This document shows positions 11,040 to 21,389 of a stretch of DNA of 64,000 nucleotides, one piece after another; the stretch's first letter is position 1; the number at the start of each line of letters is the position of its first letter. The position numbers were made by a program, and so were the translations under genes. The notes beneath the pieces are model-generated. The model ran no database searches. It saw only the letters and a list, made by a program, of their open reading frames with translations, and was not told the DNA's origin. Source of the stretch: Nemertoderma westbladi. Its lineage: Eukaryota; Animalia; Xenacoelomorpha. The stretch lies in assembly GCA_032718475.1 (NCBI GenBank), contig JAUCBJ010001846.1, forward strand, positions 537,588 through 601,587. The letters are read 5' to 3'.

Positions 11040-11339
11040 ATGTCCGCTCTTACCAAGGCAGATCTTCAGAAAGTTTTGATGCTTTATGGTTTTAATCGAA
11101 CAGAGTCAAAGTTATTCGTCAATGATTTTTTTGACATTATTGCTGAGGCATTTGTGAATCATCAAGCGGTTCGTTTGTCTGGTTTTGGTGTTTTTGGTGT
11201 ATTGACAAAAAAGCAGCGCATGGGTCGCAACCCACGTTCGGGGGAGGAATTTGTGATTTCAGCAAGGAAAACGGTTTCTTTTAAGCCCTCAGTTGTTTTT
11301 AAAAATAGATTAAATGAGCGGTCAATAGATGATCACTAG
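11040..11339 (+). CDS. ihfA: Integration host factor alpha
   Basis: LSGFGVF...RMGRNPRSGE; follows pheT. Confidence 0.95.
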   Translation: MSALTKADLQKVLMLYGFNRTESKLFVNDFFDIIAEAFVNHQAVRLSGFGVFGVLTKKQRMGRNPRSGEEFVISARKTVSFKPSVVFKNRLNERSIDDH

Positions 11340-11673
11340 CCTAGATGTATCCGTTAAAAAGCGTTATTTTTCACTAAAAGAAGTCAGTGGTTTGCTAGGT
11401 GTTGCAAGCCATGTAATTCGTTATTGGGAAAAGAGTATGCCATTTGTTCAACCGGTTAGTCGGGGCAGTCGACGTTATTATCAACAAGGGGATATTGAGC
11501 AGTTAAAAAAGGTGAGTATTTTAATACAAGAGCAAGGTTATACCTTAAAAGGTGCTTTGGATTGTTTGGAAAAAACTAATCGAATGGATAAAAAAGATTC
11601 GAATCTTTTTGATATCACTCATAGAATTGATCAGGTTATTGATTTATTAGAAGAATCAATTAACGGGGCGTAG
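11329..11673 (+). CDS. MerR family transcriptional regulator
   Basis: RYFSLKEVS...VIRYWE...RRYY HTH; conserved ihfA-merR-tRNA-Pro order. Confidence 0.9.
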   Translation: MITSLDVSVKKRYFSLKEVSGLLGVASHVIRYWEKSMPFVQPVSRGSRRYYQQGDIEQLKKVSILIQEQGYTLKGALDCLEKTNRMDKKDSNLFDITHRIDQVIDLLEESINGA

Positions 11674-11737
11674 CGCAGTCTGGTAGCGCACCACAATGGG
11701 GTTGTGGGGGCCGCAAGTTCAAATCTTGCCGCCCCGA
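11664..11737 (+). tRNA. tRNA-Pro(GGG), 3' CCA not encoded
   Basis: CGGGGCG/CGCCCCG acceptor stem, CCACA-ATGGGGT-TGTGG anticodon arm, GTTCAAATC T-loop. Confidence 0.96.
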
Positions 11738-12688
11738 TTTTTTGCTTGATAAAATGACTTGTCCCTAAATTTATCATTGTTTGTTTCTGTTTATCTTGAT
11801 GTATTAATGATTGGGCGTACTATGACTCAAGGTAAAAGACCATGATTAGTACAGAAACAATAATAACCTTGTGTTGTTTAGGGTTTTTTATAGGTGTTGT
11901 TTGTCTGATTGGAGTTGTTTTTTTCATGTCCTTAGCGAAATGCTTTAAACTTTCTAGCAAGATTTTTTTCCTCACAAAGTTGTCTTTTTAATTGTGTAAG
12001 CCTCCATCTTATTGGGACTAATTGAGATCGATAATTTTGTGCCTCAAAGCCATTCCAGAGTTTATTTAGCGTATTCAAAATTGACTGAAGTCCTATAACA
12101 GACTGCTTGGGTAAATTTCTCTGGGGCGAACACAAAACCTGATAGCCAGTGTCCTGATAGAATGAACTACTAGTTTAGTTGTACTTGTGTAATGAAAGGA
12201 GGACCACCAATCCCGCTTGGGTAATTTAGTAGTGGATATTAATCAATTACGCTTTTGACTTGGTACAGAAAACTGACCATCTTTTTTCTTAAATCACCCT
12301 TCAAAAAGTCATGCTATAGGTTACGAAGCTTATTATTTTTAAGCGTTATTTTTTTCAATATCTGCAATGGCATATACATTCAGTCGAAAATTATTAATTA
12401 ACCATGTTTTTTTATCAATCTCATTTTTAATGAAATTAATTTGATCAAGCGGTAGTTCTTGTTTTGTGTATACGTCCTCGTTCCATTGATGAAGTCGGTA
12501 AGGTGCTGAGGTAATTGATTTATTAGTAACACTTTTAAACTCACTATCTACCTAGCTATTAATATTTTTGACGAACAAGGTTTTTTTGATCTGTCAATGT
12601 TGATTGAAGGCGTTTGATTGATTTTTGAATCGAATTTTTTAGATACTGAATTTTCCCCATCATAGGTTCGTCATAAAATTGGAAGTAT

Positions 12689-13075
12689 TCATCCAAAAAA
12701 GCAAAACAAGGTATTTAGCTGTCTTTGGTTCGAAATGCGTGTATTAAGTTCATAGTAAATTATGAGCTGTTCATCCAATAACCGCTGCGTATTATTAATC
12801 TGCTGATCAATGGTTGAAGAGAAAAGCACCGTATTTGCATTGCTGCCTTCTTGGGGCAAGCTGTTGATTTCACCGATCAATTGGCTTATATTTTTGCTCA
12901 GGTTTTGAATATTTTCAACGTTTTTGGAAAGTGCTTCCCTGTGTTTTTTGATATCACTCACAATGCGCTTTATCAATGGGGTAGCTAACCACGGAGTAAG
13001 GACACTAGCAATAACAAACCCAACCCAATGCCCTAGATTACAATAATATCTAGCCTGAGCGGCTAGATGATTCAA
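12689..13075 (-). CDS. Hypothetical protein with one TM segment and a coiled coil; may be a fragment
   Basis: ORF track; hydrophobic segment followed by a heptad-like region; no recognisable family. Confidence 0.35.
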   Translation of the reverse strand: MNHLAAQARYYCNLGHWVGFVIASVLTPWLATPLIKRIVSDIKKHREALSKNVENIQNLSKNISQLIGEINSLPQEGSNANTVLFSSTIDQQINNTQRLLDEQLIIYYELNTRISNQRQLNTLFCFFG

Positions 13076-13651
13076 GACATTTTGGTGGTATGCTTTTTGC
13101 TATAAATTTGCATTGAAATGAGTGCGAGCAGTACCCAAAGCGTGCTGTTTGGCTAGTATGACTGAATGAATATGGGTAAGAAGGGGCTGATTGTATTACT
13201 CACAAAATACTTCGAGCGCTCCAACTGATAAGACAAATACTTTTTTGTATCAGAGAGACTAACTGCAAAAAAGCTGCACTCTCCATGTAAAGCCTTTGAA
13301 AATAATGCCAAGTCAAATAATGACACTTATCAAACAAAGCCAATTTTTGATGCTTGAACGCATCAAAATCAACGGAACTCATTTTGATTGTTTTTTTAGT
13401 AAGTGAGAACTTGTTTTGATGCTTAATTTTTTATTGTAGAGATAGGTTGTGTGGTGTACCTGTCAACATCAGAGACTACTGAAGTCTATTTAGGGATCAT
13501 CTAAGCTGTTATTATAGCGCGATTGATACTTGTATATAAGTATTAGATTATTAAGAACAAGTATGTTACACAATATTTGTATTCAAATGTGTAGCTAACG
13601 GGTGGTTAAGATAAGATTGTTTTTGATTTTTTTATAGTGGATTAACGTATT

Positions 13652-14622
13652 TTAAGTGGGGCTATCAATGAGAAGATGAAGGGCTTGTTCAGGTTGGCTG
13701 TTAATATCAAAGTTGATGGCTGATAATAGCAATTGCAACCCAACAATAACCGATAGCACGGCAACCATAATAGTCCCCGTTGGGGTACTTGTTTGTGTTA
13801 AAGTTGATTGCAACCAGTGGTAGGTGCCAAAAATTGAACCAAACAATAACAAAGCTGGCCCTAACACCCATTCAAACGAGGCCACACTAAAATTCCGTAA
13901 ATAATAATTATAAAAAATCCGTTTCAATGTATTGCGAATATGGCCAAATAAAAATGGGAACATCACTGTTGTTGCACATAGATTTGATTGTTCGTTTCCA
14001 TACACCGCTTTCATGGGCACATCTAACACAACGGCTTGCACGGTGTTTAGGCGAAACAACAGATCAGTTTCAAAAAAGAACCGGTGGGCAATTTTTTCTT
14101 CTTTAATTAATTCAAATACACTTAAATGAATGGCGCTAAACCCATTGGTCGGGTCCATGATCTTCCAATACCCGGTTGAGAATTTCGATAAAAAAGATAA
14201 CCCCGCATTGCCAATGATTCGATGTAGTGGCATGGAGCGGATCATCCGAGGGGAGAAAAAACGATTCCCCTTGGTGTAATCACACAGCCCCTGTTGAATG
14301 GGTTTAATAAGTTTTAAGGCATTTTGGGGGTTCATTTGTCCATCCCCATCAATTTTAACCGCAATTATGCAGCCATCAGAGATAGCTTTTTTATAACCTG
14401 TCATCACCGAAGCCCCCACCCCAAGGTTTTGGGGGTGGGTCATAATCTCAAGCCGCGGGTCTTTGCAGTTCGCTTTTAAAAAATCCCCGAACCTTCGAGG
14501 CACCCATCATCAATGCAATAAATTTTATCAAACACATTGGGCATGTTTTGGATCACCCAAAGAATGTGAGGCTTAACTTTGAACATGGGAACAATGGCAG
14601 CAATCAAAACGTTATACCCCAT
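13652..14622 (-). pseudogene. GT2 (DPM/GtrB-like) glycosyltransferase, frameshifted
   Basis: ATG at 14622 gives MGYNVLIAAIVPMFK...IYCIDDGC; frame is lost at a G4 run near 14486-14489; downstream frame has NLGVG, KIDGDGQM and two C-terminal TM helices. Confidence 0.85.
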
Positions 14623-14686
14623 AATAAATGTAAAATCGCCCCATCAATGCCCACTGTATTGAGGGTGGTTTGCTCGCTAGTGCCTT

Positions 14687-16083
14687 TCATTTTTCAGTAT
14701 TTTTTTTAGAAAAACAAATCGCCAGCCAAATGGCAGGTAACAGTGCATAACTTGCAATTAAAATTTCGTTATAGCGCGGGGGGTTGACCGATACAAACCC
14801 ATGAAAACCCAGCATAAACACCGCTGGGAACACATACATCAAAAACGGAGCCAGTTGGTTTCGTTTTTTAAACCATTGAATAGCCGGCCAAGTTGTTAAA
14901 ACCGCTGGGGCGAATAGCAGGTGTCCTGCCAATATACCATGCGAGATAACAGGGAAAGTCACCATCACATGCCAGAAAAAATTGGGCAATAAATCACTTT
15001 TAATTACATCAAGGGCACTTTGGCCGCTATGGGCGATTTGAGGGATCAAAACAGCTGGTAGTAACTTTTGCTTTCATTGTGTACCAAGTTGAGGGTGGTT
15101 TGCTCATCAAAAAGCGCTCGGCAAATATCGCCACCGATGCGCGGCAACCAGCAGAAAAAGCTTGCGACCCACTCATAAAAAGTCATGGCATTAAAGCTGA
15201 GTCGCTGCACGAGTATAAGCGGTGCGTAGCCTTGGGTGATGGCCCATGTGTCAAAGTAATAAAAGTTTCTTCCCAGCCAAGGCAGCAAGACAACCAGGGC
15301 AGCCAAGCCCAAAACAAGGCACTGTTGAAAGGCAGTTTGTAGGGGTGTTTTTTGATAAAAGTAGGCATATAAAAAACACACCGGTATCAAGCCATAGAGC
15401 ATGTAAAGATAAGCCGGTCGGGTGAGGATTAAAAGCCCAATTAAACCCCCCGATAAAACATACAGCCATCTACTTGTGTTGCGAGTGAGACAAAAGGTAT
15501 AGCTGGCGAGAAACGCAAAAAATAGCACCAGCACTAAGTTTTCAGTCAGGACTAAATAAGCAAATTTTTGAAACACCAAACACAGGCTGGAGATGATCAT
15601 CGAAAGCCATGCCACATGCTGTGACTTGGTTAAAAACCACACCGATAAAAAAATAAAAAAAGCACTCAAGCCCGCTAAAACAGACTGAACCAATTGCAAA
15701 AAATTGAGTTGATCCAACGGGCAATTCGATGAAATGCTGGATGTATTGTGTTTTTGGTTGGCAATGCAGTTGATCACTGTTTTGGTATCATCATTTATCA
15801 TGGCAACAAGCGCCACAAATGCCGGGTAGAGCGGGGCAAAAAACATGCCTTGTTGTTGGTAGTCGATTATTTTTTCTTTTGAATAAGCGCCTGTAAAGGT
15901 ATGTTGGGTGATCAAATTATTGGCAAGGGTGGTGTAACTAAAGTCATCCAATGCAGGGTAGTGGTCTAACAAGGGGCTTGTGATTGCGCTTAAAAGTAGT
16001 GATAAAACAATGGCAACTGCCAAGGGCATTAAAATAAAATGATGGTGGGCTAATTTCATGTCGCTTTTAAATAAAATAGGCAT
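14687..16083 (-). pseudogene. GT-C fold (ArnT/PMT-like) membrane glycosyltransferase, split in two
   Basis: DDFSY, APLYPAF, LTENL, LTRP, PWLGRN and C-terminal PRY motifs; frame break at a T4 run near 15048-15051. Confidence 0.75.
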
Positions 16084-16203
16084 TTTTATATTGGTTCAAT
16101 GTTTTGAAGTGCAATAAGCCCCTGTCAGCAGGGTTGCTTTTAAATAAAATAATTATCTCATCCAGTCTTTAGCAATTGCAAAAAAAGGTGGCCTTGTTGC
16201 GTA

Positions 16204-16692
16204 TCAATTTGAATGATGATGTTGATGGGCATGGGGTGTTTGATAAGCGCCCACCGAGATGATGTGCCCTGTCGTATTGAGTAAACATCCATTTGAAAAT
16301 ACCCACCGCACCTTTATTTTTTTAGTTTCAAGCAATTTGACATCAAATAACATTAAGTGCATATCGCCTTTTTTTAAGTGCAGGGTGGTTTGCGCAGGTA
16401 TTGTAAATTTTTCAACGTGCTGCATGGTGGCAACACCTTTTTGTTGTAGGGTATGGTGTATTTGCGTGGTGGCTGACAAATTGGTTGAGGCATCAATTAG
16501 CTCAAGGGTTTGCTTGTTATGGTTTTTGATGGTGGCATAAACGGCCCCTGTGCCCAGCGGGGTGAGGCGTGCTTGCACGTTTTTAATGTGAATATAATCG
16601 CAGTTAAGTGCTTGGGTTGGCTCAAATTTAACCGCAAAAAGGGGATGAAACGTTAAAATGCTAAGAATTAAAAAAGACAAATATTTTTTCAT
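16204..16692 (-). CDS. Copper chaperone PCu(A)C
   Basis: Signal peptide, GAVYATI, H..M...HLML copper motif, His-rich tail. Confidence 0.9.
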   Translation of the reverse strand: MKKYLSFLILSILTFHPLFAVKFEPTQALNCDYIHIKNVQARLTPLGTGAVYATIKNHNKQTLELIDASTNLSATTQIHHTLQQKGVATMQHVEKFTIPAQTTLHLKKGDMHLMLFDVKLLETKKIKVRWVFSNGCLLNTTGHIISVGAYQTPHAHQHHHSN

Positions 16693-17310
16693 ATGCTGGG
16701 TCAGTTTTTTTGTTCATCACTTAGGGTAGTTATAGCAGTTGGCGTGCTTTTTGGTCTAGTTTGGGGGATATACGTGATTTTCTTGATGCCATCTGGGGAA
16801 GCGCTGCCTTTTCACCGTGAGGGCGGGCATGATGTTTTTAGAACCATTGAGTTAATCGACCACCACAGCCAACCATTTGATGCAAAAAGTCTCACCCAAA
16901 AAACGGCTGTTATTTATTTTGGTTACACCTTTTGTCCCGATGTGTGCCCAAATGAGCTGGCTTTGCTTTCTAACGCGCTTGATAAGCTCGGTAGTAGCAG
17001 CCAAAAATTCCAGCCTATTTTTATCTCCGTTGATCCCAAACGCGATACCCCTGCTATCCTCAAGCAATATCAAATATTTTTTCACCCTCAATTATGGGGG
17101 CTTGTACCGGCTGATCAGGTATCGCTTAAGACATTGACTGATTATTTTGGGGTGTATTATCAGATAGATGATCAATCCATAAATCAAAACCATTATTTGA
17201 TCAACCATTCCTCATTTTTTTTGATTATCAAGCCTGATGGTAGTTACAGGCCCTTTTTTGGTATTAAACAAGTTAGCGAGCTTGTTACGCTATTAAAGCA
17301 ATATTTATGA
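16693..17310 (+). CDS. SCO family copper protein
   Basis: FGYTFCPDVCP (CxxxC), ISVDPKRD, YLINHSS. Confidence 0.95.
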   Translation: MLGQFFCSSLRVVIAVGVLFGLVWGIYVIFLMPSGEALPFHREGGHDVFRTIELIDHHSQPFDAKSLTQKTAVIYFGYTFCPDVCPNELALLSNALDKLGSSSQKFQPIFISVDPKRDTPAILKQYQIFFHPQLWGLVPADQVSLKTLTDYFGVYYQIDDQSINQNHYLINHSSFFLIIKPDGSYRPFFGIKQVSELVTLLKQYL

Positions 17311-18011
17311 GTGCACAAACGCTTCGCTGGAATAATCACACGCTGCGTTTAGCGCGGATGGATCGAAAAACCATTGGTATTTATGTTAAAAATACAGGGA
17401 CTGAGGTGCGTATCCCTAGGCGGTTAAGCCAAGGGGAGCTGATGCGATTTTTGCAGCAAAAAAGCGACTGGATCGAAAAAAGTATTCGCAAGCAGCAGGC
17501 AAGGCAAGGCACCCCTAAACAATTCGTCAATGGGGAATATTTTTTATACCTAGGGCGGCGTTATCGGTTGTGTATTGAAAAAAACTTGGTCAATCAAGCT
17601 GTGTTTAGGCAAGATCAGTTGTGGGTGGGGCTTGAGCAGCCTGATAATCAATCACAGGTGATAGGTTTAATTCAATCAAATTACCAGCGTTTATCGACTC
17701 AATTTTTAACCCAACAGGTCAATGTGTATGCCTCTATTGTAGGGGTTTGGCCAAATGAGGTACGTATTCGGGGCTTTAAATCCATGTGGGGTAATTGTAA
17801 CCATTTGGGGCGTTTGCAACTAAACGCTCGGCTGATTATGGCACCGATTGAAGCCATTGATTATGTGGTGGTGCACGAACTTGCCCATTTAATTCACCTA
17901 AATCACAGCAAACAGTTTTGGGCAGTGGTGGCGTCGGTTTTACCTAACTATAAAGCGCAGCGTCAGTGGCTTAAAGAAAACGGACATACTTTGCGTATTG
18001 ACATAGGGTAG
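17307..18011 (+). CDS. YgjP/DUF45 family zinc metallohydrolase
   Basis: WGNC and IDYVVVHELAHLIHLNHS. Confidence 0.9.
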   Translation: MSAQTLRWNNHTLRLARMDRKTIGIYVKNTGTEVRIPRRLSQGELMRFLQQKSDWIEKSIRKQQARQGTPKQFVNGEYFLYLGRRYRLCIEKNLVNQAVFRQDQLWVGLEQPDNQSQVIGLIQSNYQRLSTQFLTQQVNVYASIVGVWPNEVRIRGFKSMWGNCNHLGRLQLNARLIMAPIEAIDYVVVHELAHLIHLNHSKQFWAVVASVLPNYKAQRQWLKENGHTLRIDIG

Positions 18012-18043
18012 GTGAGTTTTTGGCTATTGGTTATATTTGAGTT

Positions 18044-18068
18044 ACTTATAGTCCATTTATAATAATCA
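18044..18068 (+). promoter_or_regulatory. C-box operator (controller-protein binding site), partly degenerate
   Basis: ACTTATAGTC at 18044-18053 matches the GACT-TAT-AGTC C-box core and lies just upstream of a C-protein gene. Confidence 0.65.
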
Positions 18069-18075
18069 TATCAGT

Positions 18076-18309
18076 ATGAATGCCAATGCAAAAACCCCCA
18101 TCACTATTTATTTTGGTAATAGAATTCGTGAGCTTAGAAGATCGCGAGGTCTCTCACAGGAATCTCTTGCTGGTTTTGCAGATCTAGACCGCAGTTACAT
18201 CGGTGGTGTAGAGCGTGGGGATAGAAACATTCGTTTGAATAATATTTAAAAATTATCAAATGCTCTCAACGTTAACATTGCTGAGTTTTTTAAGGATTTA
18301 AATGACTAA
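18076..18309 (+). pseudogene. R-M controller (C) protein, XRE HTH, with premature TAA at 18247
   Basis: Manual translation FGNRIRELRRSRGLSQESLAGFADLDRSYIGGVERGDRNIRLNNI*KLSNAL. Confidence 0.85.
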
Positions 18310-19100
18310 TTTATCGGATACTTTTAAATACATATTTCATTTTCGCCATATAGGTCATCAAGTAGGGCGAAAAGTGGGTGACATGCTTGAAGTGCTAACC
18401 TATGCAGCCATTGCTAGAGATGCCAACATGCTTTCATAGTTGCATGTTGAACCGAAGTTATATGGTTTTTCAGGGGCGGGTCATAAAGTAGCGTTTATTT
18501 TATTCTCCTCTACCAACTTTGATGAAGATGGGAATCCGAAGGTTATTCATGGAGGTTCAATAGCTGATTCATCAAAGGTTATTAGCTTCATCGAATGCAA
18601 AAGGTAGGTGTAGAGCAAACGGTTAATGGTCAGTTTAAAAAAACATTCCCCAAAAATGGAAATAATAAAAATTATAAAGTTCCATACGATACTGAATTGA
18701 ACATTTCTTTTGCGCCTCATGGCGGAGAGCGACACACATGCAAAGTTTCTTTTACAGCTGATAGAGGTATAAAATCACAAGAATGAAGACCCCACCTTTC
18801 TATTTCAAGAAAATTTGATTGATGATAGTCGAATTATTTTCACGCTCAATACTGAAGGGGCTTTAGAGGCAATTGGTAACGCTAGAAGTTTGCAAGATGA
18901 TGCCCTGACATTGTTTAATTGCAGGATTTTGGAGATAGTATCAGTCAACGATGATGGCGTAATCGCTTTGCTAAATGATTGCTTGTCTGGTACTCAAACG
19001 CTAGAAAAAGCGAAGCAATCCTCTTTTGTTATGTTAGATGCAAGAAAAAGCCTTAACAGACAATCCCTTTGCTACAGTTTCTTAAAGATTATTATCCATC
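18302..19100 (+). pseudogene. Probable restriction endonuclease, fragmented
   Basis: ATG overlaps the C gene end; GRKVGDMLEV, GAGHKV and IEC fragments broken by stops and frameshifts; converges on an MTase remnant. Confidence 0.55.
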
Positions 19101-20269
19101 TTTCTTTTCTGCTCGATCATTGTGGTAATCCGCACGGTGGTTATAGGCATATTTTTCTAATCCGTAATGAGTGGTTCTATAATGTATTGCTTCAATTTTG
19201 AAGCCAATAGATTCAACAATTTCGATGGTTTTATCAACAACAGGTATTAACTTTCCATTTCTTGTGCAATTACCCATTACAACAGCTAAAATCCCACCTT
19301 TTTCTTGTATTTTAAAAGTTTCCTCATAACACAACTTTAAGTGATTAAAGTATTTTTCTGTAATACTTTCAATTAGCAGGATGTGCTTTCATTTCTGTTT
19401 TATATAGCTTGTTTTTTCCTTGAGCATATTCATTTTTAAAAACCTGCCCCCAAAAATTCCATATTAAAAACGGGTGCATAATTAAAGCTATTGAGATATG
19501 GCAAGTAGCTAATAGCCAGATAGCACTTGCCATCATAAAATTTCAGGGAGGTTCAAGTTGTTGCCTAGGTAACACTTAGCAGAAACTTCTGATGTATTTC
19601 TTTGGAACTGATCGTGATCGATGCACATATCATTCACTTTTTTTGAAAAAGCCCAAATTACATTGCGTTGCTTTTTCTTTTTATTGATATGTAGTCTTAC
19701 CTCACCATCATGTGTTTTTGACACCCTTCTAACAATACCAATCAATGCAATGATTAAAAAGTCACATACATCAGATGTCTCTAACTTCAAAAGATAATCC
19801 TGTATGACTAGCAAATCTCTTGGTAGTTTCTTCGAACCATTTTTTTAGTAAAATCATCATTTGGTACACTACAGCAGTCTTTGTTTTTCTCGAACCAGAT
19901 AACTAGCCTATTAAGTTCTTTTTTTACATTATAAATAGCTAGGGTCGTGACTTTTACATTTGAAGCCAACACAGAAAGCCAACTTATATATCTAAACCAT
20001 AAGACTTTTAATCCCTTAATTTAGCCTCAACAATGTCTGCCAGACCTGCAAAAGTTATCTAGGATGTAACGTTCTTTTGAAGGCAGTGCATACTGCTTAA
20101 GTATTTGGCCAGCTACAGCAGAAGGAAATTTTCTATCATATCTGTAATGACTACGAACAAAATAAGATAATGCTTTAATAATATACGGAATATCCCACTC
20201 ATTTATTTTTGGTGTCTTTTTATTTAGGCAGGTGATAATAGGAAGATGTTTTTTTGAATACCTGCTCAT
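19092..20269 (-). pseudogene. Amino (m4C/m6A) DNA methyltransferase, fragmented
   Basis: HYRY..KFP, ILDNFC.SG (motif I) and a degenerate motif IV (ISYLPYLNSFNY) spread over several frames. Confidence 0.75.
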
Positions 20270-20590
20270 TTTCAGAGAATAAATCCAAATATTTTGCTTG
20301 TTTAATCACATGTATGCGGCTTTAAGAAATAGTACTGAAAGTCATCATAAAATCGTGAGCGTTTTTGGCAGCCATAGGCTATTAATTTACTAGAAATATA
20401 AAAACAATTAACCAGCTCAATGGGTTCTTTTATTTAACAAAAAGGTGTTTTTTCAAAAATTGGCTTCCTTAATGGTACATGCGAATAACAGTTTGAGGCA
20501 TTAGTAGTGCTTGATCATAAAGGTTAATTAGTATACACAATGGTTATGACTTATCAGCAAGTCAAGCATTGGCAGCAATCTATTGCAGCT

Positions 20591-21382
20591 TTAAGTAGCT
20601 AAATAATCAGGCAATATTTCATTTGATCGACGCGTGAGTATTTCAGGCCCATTGTCGGTCACCAAAATAGTATGTTCCCATTGGGCAGAAAGGGCGTGGT
20701 CTTTGGTAATCACAGTCCACCCATCGCCTAACAACTTCACATGGCGCTTGCCTAAATTTATCATCGGTTCAATGGTAAAACACATTCCGGGGCGTATAAT
20801 CTCGCCTGTATTTTGCTTGCCAAAATGCAGTATTTGGGGTGGTTCATGAAAATTTTTTCCAATGCCATGTCCACAATATTCATGCACAACAGAATAATGA
20901 TGCCCATAAGCGTGCTGCTCTATTACATAACCAATATCGCCCAAGGTTTTGCCCGGCAATGCTTGCCCAATACCCAAATACATGCACTGTTGGGTTACTT
21001 CACATAATTGATTGGCAGATTCATGCACTTTTCCCACAGTAAACATGCAACTGGTATCGCCATGGTAGCCGTCTTTAAGCACAGTGATATCAACATTAAC
21101 AATATCACCCTTTTTTAGGTAGGTATCATCATCGGGTATACCATGGCAAACTTGGTGATTAATAGAGGTGCAGATTGATTTAGGGAACCCATGGTAGTTC
21201 AGTGGGGCGGGAATAGCCTTTTGTTTTGTAACAATATAATCATGGCAAATTCGATCAAGCTCACCGGTACTAACACCAGGTTTCACAAAAGAGACTATCA
21301 TTTCCAATACCTCAGCGGCCAGTCGCCCGCTTATACGCATTTTTTCAATATCTTTTTGGCTTTTAATCAGACTATGGTTCAT
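20591..21382 (-). CDS. map: Methionine aminopeptidase type I
   Basis: CTSINHQVCHGIP, GHGIG, FTIEPMIN, AQWEHT; start placed at the second Met. Confidence 0.98.
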   Translation of the reverse strand: MNHSLIKSQKDIEKMRISGRLAAEVLEMIVSFVKPGVSTGELDRICHDYIVTKQKAIPAPLNYHGFPKSICTSINHQVCHGIPDDDTYLKKGDIVNVDITVLKDGYHGDTSCMFTVGKVHESANQLCEVTQQCMYLGIGQALPGKTLGDIGYVIEQHAYGHHYSVVHEYCGHGIGKNFHEPPQILHFGKQNTGEIIRPGMCFTIEPMINLGKRHVKLLGDGWTVITKDHALSAQWEHTILVTDNGPEILTRRSNEILPDYLAT

Positions 21383-21389
21383 ATATTTA

